From: the human T2T-CHM13v2.0 reference genome, Homo sapiens
Length of the DNA stretch: 64,000 bases
Reading direction: 5' to 3' (one strand)
Assembly (NCBI RefSeq): GCF_009914755.1
Contig: NC_060927.1
Shown here: positions 12,897 through 26,194 of the stretch, in pieces
How the letters are laid out: each line of letters begins with the position of its first letter
Numbering within the stretch: position 1 is the first letter of the stretch
Translations under genes and position numbers: made by a program
Notes under the pieces: model-generated
What the model was told of the DNA's origin: nothing
Seen by the model: only the letters and a program-made list of their open reading frames with translations
Database searches by the model: none

Positions 12897-15119
12897 TGAT
12901 ATGGTTTCACTCTGTGTCCCCACCCAAATCTCATCTTGAATTGTCCTCCCACAATTCCCACGTGTTGTGGGAGGGACTCAATAGGAGATAATTTGAATCA
13001 TACTGTTCTCATGGTAGTGAATAAGTCTCATGATATCTGATAGTTTTATCAGGGGTTTCTGCTTCTGCATATTTCTCATTTCCTCTTGCCACCACCATAT
13101 AAGAAGTGCCTTTCGCCTCCCACCATGATTCTGAGGCCTCCCCAGCCATGTGGAACTGTAAGTAGAATTAAACCTCTTTTCCTTCACAGTCTCAGGTATT
13201 TCTTTATCAGTAGCATGAAAACACCAGACTAATACAGTAAATTGGTATCAGTAGAGTAGGCTGTTGCTGAAAAGATACCTGAAAATGTGGAAGTGACTTT
13301 GGAACTTGGTAACAAGCAGAGGTTGGTACAGTTTGGAGGACAAGGAAGACATAAAAATATGGGAGAGTTTGGAACTTCCTAGAGACTTGTTAAATGGCTT
13401 TGACAAAAATACTGGTAATGAACGGACAATGAAATTCAGGCTGAGTTGGTCTCAGATGGAGATGAGGAACTTGTTGGGAACTGGAGCAAAGGTGACTCTT
13501 GTTATGTTTTAGCAAAGAGACTGGCGGCATTTTGCCCCTGCACTACAGATTTGTAGAACTTTGAACTTGAAAGAGATGATTTAGGGTATCTGGCAGAAGA
13601 AATTTCTAAGCACCAAAGCTTTCAAGAGGTGACTTGGGTGCTGTTAAAAGCACTCCACTTTAAAAGGGAAAGAGAGCATAAAAGTTTGGAAAATTTGCAG
13701 ACTGACAATGTGATAGAAAAGAAAATCCCATTTTCTGAGGAGAAATTCCAGCTGCCAGCAAATATTTGCATAAGTAATGAGGAGCCAAACATTAATCCCC
13801 AAGACAATGGGGAAAATGTCTCCAGGGCATGTCAGAGACCTTTGCAGCAGCCTCTCCCTTCACAGACTTGGAGATCTAGAAGGAAAAAATGGTTTTATGG
13901 GCAGGGCCCAGGGTCCCCATTCTGTGTGCTGTCTAGGGACTTGTTGCCCTGCGTCCCAGCCCCTTCAGCCATGGCTGAAAAGTGCCACCACAGAGCTCAG
14001 TCTGTGGCTTCAGAGGATGCAAGCCCCAAGCCTTGGCACCTTCCACATGGTTCTGAGGCTGTAGGTGCACAGAGTCAAGAATTGGGGTTTGGGAATCTCT
14101 GCCTAGATTTAAGAAAATATATGGAAATGCCTGGATTGTACATTTGCAGGGGAGGGCTCTCATGGAGAACCTCTACTAGGGCAGTGCGAAAGGGAAATGT
14201 GGGGTCGGAGCCCCCACGCAGAGTCCCTCCCGGGGCACCACCTAGTGGAGCTGTGAGAAGAGGGCCACCATCCTCCAGACCCCAGAATGGTAGATCCACC
14301 TACAGCTTGCACTGTGCACCTGGAAAAGCTGCAGACACTCAATGCCAGCCCATGAAAGCAGCCAGAAGGGAGACTGTGCCCTTCAAAGCCACAGGAGCAG
14401 AGCTGCCCAAGACCATGGGAACCCACCGCTTGCATCTGTGTGACCTGGATGTCAGACCTGGAATCAAAGGAGATCATTTTGGAGCTTTAAAATTTGACTG
14501 CCCCATTGGATTTCAGACTTTCATGGGCCTTGTAACCCATTTGTTTTGGCCAATTTCTCCCATGTAGAACGGCTGTATTTGCTCAGTACTTGTACCCCCA
14601 TTGTATCTAGGAAGTAACTAGCTTGCTTTTGATTTTACAGGCTGATGGGCAGAAGGGACTTGCCTTGTCTCAGATAAGATTTTGGACTGTGTACTTTTGG
14701 GTTAATGTTGAAATGAGTTAAGACTTTGGGGGACAGTTAGGAAGGCATGATTTGTTTTGAAATGTGAGGACATGAGATCTGGAGGGGCCAGGGTGGAATG
14801 TTATGGTTTGGCTCTGTGTCCCCACCCAGATCTCATCTTCAGCTGTACTCCCATAATTGCCACATATTATGGAGGGACCAAGTGGGAGATAATTTGAATC
14901 ATGGGGGTGGCTTCCCCCATATTGTTGTCAAGGTAGTGAATAAGTCTCACACTATCTGATGGTTTTCGCATCTTCCTCATTTTTTCTTGAAGTGCCTTTC
15001 AGCTCCCATCATGATTCTGAGGACTCCCCAGCCATGTGGAACTGAAAGTCCAAGTAAGCCTCTTTTCCTTCCCAGTCTTGTGTATGTATTTATCAGCAGT
15101 GTGAAAACAGACTAATACA
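12897..15119 (+). mobile_element. Two-LTR THE1A-like MaLR element (5' LTR 12897-13236, internal 13237-14798, 3' LTR 14799-15119)
   Basis: LTRs run tgatatggttt...ctaataca; internal sequence is THE1-int; TSD GTGAC/ATGAC; ttttatcaggggtttctgctt is THE1A-type. Confidence 0.93.
13629..14567 (+). pseudogene. Residual 312-codon ORF of the THE1 internal region (degenerate MaLR ORF)
   Basis: ENLQ.DN.IEKKIPFSEEKF...RRGPPSSRPQNGRST...KATGAELPKTMG is the MaLR internal ORF; GTG start; not a host gene. Confidence 0.8.
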
Positions 15120-15257
15120 ATGACTAATCAGAAATGCTTCAGAACTAGGAGAAATAACATATACATAATTGAAGCAGTTCAAACCTCTGAAAATCTTTTT
15201 TTTTTCTAGAGAATCTAGAAACAAATATTATTTAAAGATGTTTAAGATTTTAAAAAG

Positions 15258-16130
<873 letters not shown>

Positions 16131-17064
16131 TCCCTGGACATAGACTTCTTTACCTTCTGGAAGTCACTGACCACTTGAAGAAATGAGTATACATATATGT
16201 ACCTATGTGTACAATATAGTGCACACAAGATGAGGAATTCACAGAATGCCTAACTCATTACCGTGGATCCCTTTGGGCTTCAGGAACACAGGGTGGTGAG
16301 GGGGGAAATGTGCCACAAGACTTTCTTGTCCAGACAAGTTGCATTTCTTACGTGAAGAAAATGGAAACAGTCTGAGATATACAACGGATACCCATTTACT
16401 CTTAAAGGAAAAAGGTACTTTCTGACACATTTCAGCTATGATGAGGTCAGATTTTAATACTCATATTGGCTAATCACAGTATATTTAAAAAATGTAACTT
16501 GTCTGAGAATCCATTATAAAGAAATAATTACAGTTGATTTATGTAGCCAAATATCCATCTTAATAATATTGTAATAGTGAAAAACTTTTAATTTCCTTTT
16601 TAGATATATTATTCTGTCTGCAATCTCCCATAATTAAAACAACATCTGCTTCATCACTTGTCACAATTTCAAAGAGCATTATCTATAATGTATTAGTTTT
16701 ATTGTAGCATAGTTTTATTTTATTCATGATTGTAAAGGCAACTTTCTCTCATATAGATGCTTTTTCTCTTAAATCTAGTCAATTTTCCTTTCAAGACAGT
16801 AGCATTTTCTTCTTGACCTTTATTATTAATTTTAGACTAAGTTGGCTTTAACATACCATAGGAATTCTATTAATTTTCAAAAATTTTTAAGCTTGTAATA
16901 TAAATATTTTAGTTGGCTTATAGTTGAAAAGAAACAAAGCACATTTTAATGAAAATACACTTGAGGGCATTTGAGCTAAAAGAAATACATAAAATAAACA
17001 TTTTCTCAAAATATAGCTATTATATAAAATTTCTGAAAATATTTATTAGCATAATAATGAGAAT

Positions 17065-17310
17065 TAATAGCCTATTTATTTATTATTGATACCTATTATA
17101 TTCCAAGCACTGAGCTAGTCACTTAACTTCACTGAAGTCACTAAATTGCCTTTAAAAACCCTGTGACATAGACACTATTAGTATTTCCAGTTTATAGATG
17201 AGAAAATTAGGCATAGAAAAAATAAGTGAATTGCCAAGAGTGAATCTGCTGAGCCACAATTCAAATTAAAGAAAATTTAGCTCCAGATTTGACTGTTTTA
17301 AATCCTACAT
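17065..17310 (-). mobile_element. MIR SINE
   Basis: tttattattgatacctattatattccaagcactgagctag...ccagtttatagatgagaaaattaggcatagaaa...ttgccaaga. Confidence 0.75.
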
Positions 17311-19419
17311 TATACACCCCTATTAGGTAAACCACATCACATGCGGAAAAGTTAAGTTAAAGAGACAAATACCCTGCTTCTCTTGATTGCTCTGTCTTCT
17401 TCATAAGGCCAATTATGTGCACACTCAAAAGCATTTTTTGATTTTCAGCAAGTGAAATTACTAGCAGGTTTAGAGGTTTTGCTAATGTGTACATCATATA
17501 CAAATGCAACATTTTGTCATGACTTAAAAATGTTAGAGGTATCCTGGAGCATCAAATAATCATGCCTAATTAAATTAAAGAAACTTTTAGTCAGCTGTGA
17601 GCTGTGATTATTTTTTGGTTGAGCAGCTTACAATCCTTTCACCATTCAGAGTCCAAAAGACTGCTTAGCACTTAACCTAAACATGGGACGCACTTAATAA
17701 AGAAATTATTCTGTTCCCATTCAGTTATAGATAATTAAATTATGAATTACTTTATTGTTCTTATTTTCTGTAGTCTCTCATGTTTGTATTATAACAAAGG
17801 TAATATTTATTTACAAACAATGTCAAATGGGATTTTACAAAGCTTAAATATCTATAATGTTAACTATTTAGAAATGTATATTTTAAATAAACTATTGTAT
17901 GCATGATGAGCATGTTTTAAATGAGTCTGATAAGTATACAGTATTAGCAGAAGATTTAAATTACAGTAACTGATTTTGACATCCCCAGTAAATGCCAAGA
18001 AACATAGCTTTTATAGCAAGTTCATGGAAATGTTCAGATAAAATATTCATGAATTCTCTACTAAAAGAAAAGCCTCTTATGGTCTTGTTTGACAGAGGAT
18101 GACCTTTTCTTCAATAAGTTCCCATCTTTGCTGTAACTTGGTGTTTAGATGCCCTGCTTAGATGAATAAAACATAGCATTTTGTTCTTTGTGTTTGCTAG
18201 TATATGTGATAATTAATAGAAAGGAAGACTTTGAAGTTTTAAATGAAGTAAGTGGTTTATTTTTTCAAAAGGCATTAAGGAATTTTTGAAGATCAATTTC
18301 CCAGCAGAATATTTGTCAAAGCAATTAGGATCCACCCTGACTTCGGTATACCCAGTAGTGCTCAATTGATGTGCTCTTTCAAATAACTAAAGCATTTTTA
18401 ACTTTAGTGATCTGCATTACTCATATAGTCTACCACCTGACGACTCTTACAAAGATGGATCAGCAATTCAGTTATATACAAAAAGAGACTTTATGAAAAT
18501 ACAATCAGTCAAATATACCACAGTTTTCAATATGTTGAAAACAAAGGGAAACATGAATTAGATAATTTTAAACCAAATGAACCATATTGAAGCCATCTAG
18601 GTTCAATTTTAGTATTTATGCTTTTAGCTTCAGTCCTTGTATTCTTGAGAAAAAAGAAAGTAGTACCTAATGATAATGTATCTACAGAAAATAATAATAA
18701 CTAAGGTAGCAAGATGTCATCTACTCATGTCCTGAAGATTTAAAAGTTTGCTAAGATGACCATTTATTCAACCATACCCTTTTAGCAAATAAGGTATCAT
18801 CTGGTCCCCAAAAAAGTGCCACATTAATTTTTGAAGTCATAGGATACCACCGATGCATTTAATCAGTAATTTACTGAATGGCCTGACTCAGAGTTAGGAG
18901 TTGATTCTGTAGTATTGAAAGACTAATTAGGACCTCAATATGTTGATTTGGAAAATAAGCTGTGGACTTACTAATATTTTTTATAGTGATCTCTCTATAA
19001 AAATCTGGTTTTAATAGGGACATTGACATAGCCTATCCCTGGAAAAGGAGTAATTGCATTCTGATTGTGGAAATTATGTCTATATTCTGCCAAAACTCTC
19101 TGACATATACTGAACATATCCGGAAACACTGAATGAAGGGCATTACCCATATTTGGCTAACAAGTATTTATAGAATTAAAACAAGTAAAATGCCAAATTC
19201 ATATTATTGGTAATATTCATTGAAAACATGCCCTGAAAACGAAATTCCAGCTTATTGGCATGATTTCTAGCCAAGTATTTTCAGTTAATCAAGTACCAAT
19301 GGATGACATGAAATTTTTATGTCTATTCACTGATGTACAATTAACATGATCTGGAGAATTGCGAGAAAGTATATTAGTTTGAATAAATGTTTAAACTTCC
19401 TAGACTAATCTTCTAGATT

Positions 19420-19705
19420 AGCATTCCCCCAAAGTATTTCTATAGAGGATTAGTCCTGTAAAATGCTTTTCCAAAAAGTGATTCCTTGGTCAATTAAGTT
19501 AAGGAAATGTGCGCAGTATATTACTATCCTCACCACATAGGAAGTAAAGTAGAACATTAAAAGCTCTGATAATTCCTTCAAGAAGGAAACTTGTTTGGCT
19601 TTTTGCAATCTAGTGTCTCCAAAAGGTACTTAACTACAAAATCCTTTACTTGTATAACATTTATTAAAATCCTAAACATCTAATTTTCTGGAAAATGATT
19701 TCCAA
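19420..19705. mobile_element. MER103C-like hAT-Charlie MITE
   Basis: gcattcccccaaagtatttc...ccttggtcaattaagttaaggaaatg...cattaaaagctctgataattcc...ctggaaaatg follows the MER103 layout. Confidence 0.65.
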
Positions 19706-19944
19706 GGTAGCAAATGCATATACCAGAGATATTCAATTTTGAAAAATATCTTTGGGAAATATTTGACAAAACTCTCTCACATATGAAGAAATAAATTGTT
19801 TTCTATATGGCATTTCAGTATGTAGAATATGTAAGTTTTTTTCTAGATTTATAATGTTGACTATTGGAAAATCTATAAGGTTAAGTGAAATGGCTGTTTT
19901 ATGACTATTATAATGTTTATTCAATGTTGTCTTTCGTCCACAAC

Positions 19945-20205
19945 AATAATAACAAGCCAACTATTTTGAGTGGTTGCCATGTGTCAGGCATTAAGTACTT
20001 TAAATGAAATAATATACATATTCCTCACAACCTGAATGTTGGATATTATATTATTATTTCAAGTTCTTAGAAGAAGAAATGAAGGAAACAGAGAAGTTAC
20101 CTAAAGTGATGATAGTCTCATGACCAGTGAGAAGCAATGCTGGGATTCAGTTCCAAGTAGCCTGGCTTCAAATCCCCTATGCTTAATTACAGCACTGTGC
20201 TGCCA
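19945..20205 (-). mobile_element. MIR SINE
   Basis: ttttgagtggttgccatgtgtcaggca...cctcacaacc...gctgggattcagttccaagtagcctggcttcaaa. Confidence 0.75.
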
Positions 20206-20559
20206 TATGTAGTAGAGCCTGGGCTGACTATTCTGATTCTCCTGCCATCCCCACTCATTCACTCATTTGTAGCTTTAGCCTGTCAATGGTTACTAACATA
20301 TTTCAATGGAGAGGAAACCTAGTATTATTTCAAAAGTTTGAAACACTTTACTGTCCTCCTGACATGTGCCAACATAGCAGTAGTCAATTCAAACTCTTGA
20401 GCCTGAGTCAACAGAATAAACTTTTGAAAGGTTAATCTAATATTTTTTCCCAAAGTAGTATTCCAATATCCAAAGAATTTATGAATATGGTAATTTTTTT
20501 ATTTTAGATAACATGAAATAATAGAAACATCATACTATTTCCCCCTTTTTTGATATTTA

Positions 20560-20676
20560 CAATTTTGCTTGACTCAGCATTTCCCAAACATAGTTGACTA
20601 TAGAATATTTTCTTCATGGCAAATATATCAACATCTTGAAGAACTCTGTTAAACCCACACTAAGTTTGGTAAATAA
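20560..20676. mobile_element. Second MER103-like fragment
   Basis: ctcagcatttcccaaacatagttgactatagaa...aagtttggtaaat. Confidence 0.5.
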
Positions 20677-20692
20677 AGTACTGAGTTATGAG

Positions 20693-20907
20693 CAGTGATA
20701 TGCTGATGAGTGTTTAAAAACTAGCTCTCCCAGGGTAAAAATAATTTTTTAAAGGCCTGATTTGCAGTGTTTACCAAGTTGTAGTATAAATACCTTCATC
20801 ATGGCTGATTTAAAGCTACCAGACTAAGTTGCTGAACACAGAGTGGGGAAAAGATGGACACAGTAGGTTCTGGCAAACTGATGAGAACTAGATCCAGCTC
20901 ATCATAG
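20693..20907 (-). mobile_element. MER63A-like hAT-Blackjack MITE
   Basis: cagtgatatgctg...cctgatttgcagtgtttacc...catggctgatttaaagctacca...tccagctcatcatag, with degenerate terminal inverted repeats. Confidence 0.7.
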
Positions 20908-21401
20908 CTTTATCAATCTTGACAAAATCTATAATTTATTCTTTTATAACCATAAAAATTAGTATCTTTTGATGTGGAGGCCATTTTACATAAGAGACCA
21001 AGAAAGATATTTAAGAATTATATTCAAGGGTCTTATTTAAGTATCTTTACTTTATGTGGACACATTGAAAAGGCACATTTGAACCAAGTCACTCAATATA
21101 CTTATGAACCCATAGACCTTCTTCAGAAATTCTAACATTAAATGCATATCAAGATAATCTATATTGTAATAACTCTATTTAAATATATACTCTTATAACA
21201 AAAAGACATAACATAATCTAGAATAAAAGGACATAGTATGTACTTAGGGAAAAATTACACAGAGATAATCATAAGGTGAAAAGAGGTAAGAAGTTTAGAC
21301 CCAGGTTTGTTTCAAAGACTCACTATCTATAGAGCTTTGCTTCTTAAATTGTGTGCCCTATGGAGTTCCCTGTAATGCCTCCAAATATTTCTTTATCTAA
21401 G

Positions 21402-23943
21402 TGTGTTAGTCCATTCTCAAACTACTATAAAGACATACCTGGGAATGGGTAGTTTACAAAGGAAAGAAGTTTAATATGCCCACAGTTCTGTGGGCTGTAC
21501 AGGCTCCTGCTTCTGGGGAAGCCTCAGGAAACTTACATTCATGGCAGAATGCAAAGGGGAAGTGGGCACATCTTCACAAGGCTGGCAGGAGAGAAAGAGC
21601 AAAGGGGGAAGTGCTACACACTTTTAAACAAAAGTGTTAAACAACCAGATCTTGTGAGAACTCGTGCACTATCACAAGAACAGCAAGGGGGAAGTCTGCC
21701 CTCATGATCCAATCACCTCCTACCAGGCCCCTTCACCAACATTTAAGATTACAATTTGACATGAGATTTGGGTGGAGACAGAGAGGCAAATCACGTCATT
21801 CCACCCTTGGCCCCTCAAAAATTTCATGTCCTTCTCACATTTCAAAACACAATCATGTTTTTCCAACAGTCCCCCAAAGTTCTAACTCATTCAAGCATTA
21901 ACTCAAAAGTCCAAGTCCAAAGTCTCATCTGAGACAAAGTAGCTCCCTTCCACCTATGAGCCTGAGAAATAAAAAAAGTCTTAGTTACTTTCCAGAACTG
22001 TGAGCTGATTAAACCTTAGTTACTTTCAAGATCTGTGAGCTGATTAAACCTCTTTTCTTCGTAAATTACCTAATTTCAGGTATGTCATTATAGGAGTGTG
22101 AGAATGGACTAATACAGAAAATTTGAATAAAAGAAATAATAAGGGTACAGACATCGGGTAAATACACCCATTCCAAGAGGGAGAAATTAGCCAAAACAAA
22201 GGGGCTACAGGCCCCATGGAAGTTCAAAATCCAATAGGGCAGTCATTAAACCTCAAAGTTCTAAAATGATCTACTTTGACTCCATGTCTCACATCCAGGG
22301 CACACTGATGCAAAAGGTGGGCTTCTACAGCCTTGGGCAGCTCTGTCCCTGTGGCTTTGCAAGGTACAGCCCCCTTCCTCACTGCTTTCACAAGCTGATA
22401 TTGAGTGTCTGCAGCTTTTCCAGGCACACAGTACAAACTGTCAGTGGGTCTACTCTTCTGGGGTCTGGAGGATGGTGGCCCACTTCTCACAGCTCCATTA
22501 TACACTGTGCCAGTTGTGACTCTGTGTTGGGGCTCCATCCCAACATTTGCCCTTTGCACTGCCATAGTAGAGGTTCTCCATGATGGCTCTTCCCCTGCAA
22601 CAGACTTTCTGCCTGGACATCCAGGTGTTTCCATACATCCTCTGAAATCTAGGCAGAAGCTCTCTAGTCTCAACTCTTGCCCTCTGTGCATCCAGTCTTA
22701 ACACCATGTGGAAGCCACCAAGGCTTGGGGCTTGCACCCCCTGAAGCAATGGCCCAAGTTGTTCCTTGGCCCCCTTTTAGCCATGGCTGGAGCAGTCATG
22801 ATGAAGAGCACCATGTCTTGAGGCTGCACAGAGCAGAGGGGCCCTCGACCTGGCCCACAAAACCATTCTTCCCTCCTAGGCCTCCAGGCCTGTAATGGAA
22901 GGGGCTGCCAAGAAGGTCTCTGAAATGCCTTGGAGGCATTTTCCCCATTGTCTTGACTATTAACATTTGGCTTCTATTTACTTATGCAAATTTCTGCAGC
23001 TAGCTTGAATTACTTCCCAGAAAATGAGTTTTTCCTTTCTACCACATGATGGGACTGCAAATTTTCCCAACTTCTGCTTCCCTTTTAAATAATAGTTACA
23101 ATTCAGTTTTTTTTTTTTTTTTTGCTTATGCAATTGAGCATAAGCTTTTAGAAGCAGCCAGGCAACACCTTGAATGCCTTGCAGCTTAGAAATTTCTTCT
23201 TCAAATACCCCTAAATCATTTCTCTCAAGATCAAAGTTCAACAGATTTTTAGAGCTGGGGCACAATGCTGCAATTCTCTTTGCCAAAGCATAGCAAGAGT
23301 GACCTTTGCTCCAGTTCCCAATAAGTTGCTCATCTCCATCTGAAACCACATCAGCCTGCTTTTCACTGTACATATCACTATCAGCATTTTGGTCACAACA
23401 ATTTAACAAGTCTCTAGGAAGTTCCAAACTGTCCCTCATCTTCCTGTTTTCTTCTGAGCCCTCTAAACTGTTCCAACACTTGCCAGTTGCCCAGATCCAA
23501 AGCCACTTCCACATTTTCATGTATCTTTATAGCAATTCACCACTCTCATTACCAATTTTCTGTATTAATCCATTCTCACACTCCTATAATGACATACCTG
23601 AGATTAGGTAATTTATGAAGAAAAGAGGTTTAATCAGCTTACAGTTCTGCAGGCTGTTCAGGACTCTGATTCTGAGGAGGCCCTAGGAAACTTACAGTCA
23701 TAGCAGAAGGTGAAGGGGAAGCACATACATCTTCACATGGCTGGCAGAAGAGAGAGAATGAGGGGGAAGTGCTATACACTGTTAAACAACCAGATCTCAT
23801 GAGAACTCATGCACAATCACGAGAACAGCACAAATGAAGTCTGCCCCCATGATTCAATCACTTCCTACCAGGCCCCTCCTCCAATATCAAGGATTAGAGT
23901 TCAACATGAGATTTGTATGTGTACATAAAGCCAAACCATATCA
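21402..23943 (-). mobile_element. Two-LTR MSTA-like MaLR element (3' LTR 21402-21798, internal, 5' LTR 23561-23943)
   Basis: Two MST LTRs around MST-int; perfect 5-bp TSD CTAAG at 21397-21401 and 23944-23948. Confidence 0.93.
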
Positions 23944-24083
23944 CTAAGCTTTCCTTATCCATATCATGAAATGGCTTTTTGATACATGTATTTCAGTCAG
24001 TCTTTCTCATTAAAACTTCAGAGACAACAAAACCATCCACGATTATGCCACTAGCATTGAAACCATGCTTATTGCATTAAAAC

Positions 24084-24573
24084 TGTTGGAGAAGAAAACT
24101 TTTTTTTTTAATCTTCTTAGTTCAGTGATTTAGGGGCTGCAAATTAAATGGACAAAAGACAGGTCAGTGAGCAAATAGAGTTTTACTTCTATATGTACAA
24201 AGGTGTTCACAGAGAAATGGGACTCGAGGAGGGAGTTAGGAAGTTAGAATTGGGGGTTTATATACAATCTTAACAAGGAAAGAGGAGAGGATAACAATTC
24301 TTATGGGAAAAAAAATGACTTTTAAGAAAGACAAATGGGCCCATAGGAGGATGGGTGAGAGATATGATAGTTTTGTGATAATGTCTGTTTAGATGATTTC
24401 TTATCCTATTGCTGACTTCTTCTCTTTGGTAATGGGAGGCAATCTTCCTCGGCTACTAAACTGGGGAGGGGATTTATGACAGCTGAATTCTTTGGAAATT
24501 CTCTGCTTTCAGGCAGATAAAGGAAGTTTGGGGGAAAAAGATCCTCATCACAGATATATTCTGGAGCCTTTCA
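24084..24573 (-). mobile_element. ERV1 solo LTR, MER34/MER92-like
   Basis: tgttggag...ggggctgcaaattaaatggacaaaagacag...tttcaggcagataaagg...atattctggagcctttca; 4-bp TSD AAAC/AAAT. Confidence 0.65.
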
Positions 24574-26194
24574 AAATGAATCTGGACAATGGCATATATT
24601 AAGTGTAGAGGGAGTAGGACAACCAAGAATGCAGGGAGATAGTGACTAAAGTAAGGAAACTGATCTGCACAGCTATTCTGAGGTTTTTTCTGCAGCACAG
24701 TGTTAGGCCAGGAAACACCATCATTGTGGATATTTGAAAAACAAAACGTCCAGCAATCAGAGGCCATTTGTTAGTTGATAGCTGTTGTGGGCCCATTTTG
24801 AGCCTGATAGGTTACTTGTCTTTAAGAAAAGATTTGGCTTCCTTAAGAAGCAGGGAAAGGGAACTAACAGGCTACAAATACAAATCAAAGACAAATTCAT
24901 ACAAATTAGTATATAAATAGTAAAAAACTGACCATTGATTAAAATTGGTCTCTCAATTCAAAGCAGAAGAACATGATAAGAATTAAAGCAAATGATATAA
25001 TTCTAAAATTATTAAAGACAGTAGTAGTGCATACACTCAGAATGATGCTCAAAATACTTTAAAACTTTATGGCATAGGCACTAGCCAGTTGGAGCAGTAC
25101 TGGCTGAATATAGTTGATATGGTCATGATGTGTGCTGGTCAGCATTGCACATGTCAGATATTTATATTATCTCATTTTTCAATAACTCCCTTATACGTGA
25201 CCTAATGTAACTTGAATGTTGGAGTTAGATGTTGCTGAATTATAATATTTATTTTTTGAAATTAATGTTACATTATATTTATTTTCATACCTACTATATA
25301 ATTTATCATAATTGTAAGAAAACAAATATTTCTTGATTGCATAAACAAACCCTGTAAATGTATTTGTACAAGGTTTAAAAGGTTTTACAAGGTTTAAAAA
25401 CATTACATTGAACTTTCTGTATTTTTCCTTAGAAATTAATTTAGAACATAAAATGAAAGATTATATAGCACAACATGTTGCATTTTAAGTAAAGTATGAA
25501 AATGTGGCAAAGATTTTCAATATTATTCATTTTGAATAATAATTAGCACATTTTTGGTTTTAAAATTCTTTGTAATCCTATTAACTTATGCAATAAATGT
25601 GAAGCAATGTTATGTTTAACAAAGATGTCACAAAAATCAGGGGAAAAAAATGAAACATATGCCCTGAATGCTTTTGAAGCTACTGTGAGAACATGAAGTT
25701 GAAATTATGAGCTAGCAGCCAACATGAGAAAACACAAACTTCTTCTCTGCATGTAGTAAGTGATTTGTGAACAACAATTACTAACTAGAGAAAATGAGGG
25801 TAAAACACAGGGCTCAGCCAGGTGTTACTTTACCTCAGTGATTTACTCTGCTATTTGATCAATGATGAGAACAAAATGACCCATATCCTCAGGAAGCCAT
25901 GAATGTTTCAAGGCAGCTGTGAAAACACCTGGCTACTTGTCTGACACAAAGACTACGTCCATTAAGGAAGATTCAAGATTTATTTCTATGGGCTTGAACC
26001 AGAAACAATGGCAGTGAATTTGCTGTTGCATTGCATTATTCCTTTAATGAGAGAACAAAAGCAGTTTTGCAGCCCCATTCTGGTGAACTGGCAGGAATAC
26101 CAGCATCTCCCTGAACCACTGTGACAAGATCATTCAGCATTCCCTTCAGTAGCCAGCAGTATGAGCACGTTCTCCCTTTCTGTGACTTCTGGAA

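Noticed and set aside
22224-23611. Overlapping 70-180 aa ORFs (also 60741-61802)
   Set aside because: Broken MaLR internal ORF and its antisense frames.
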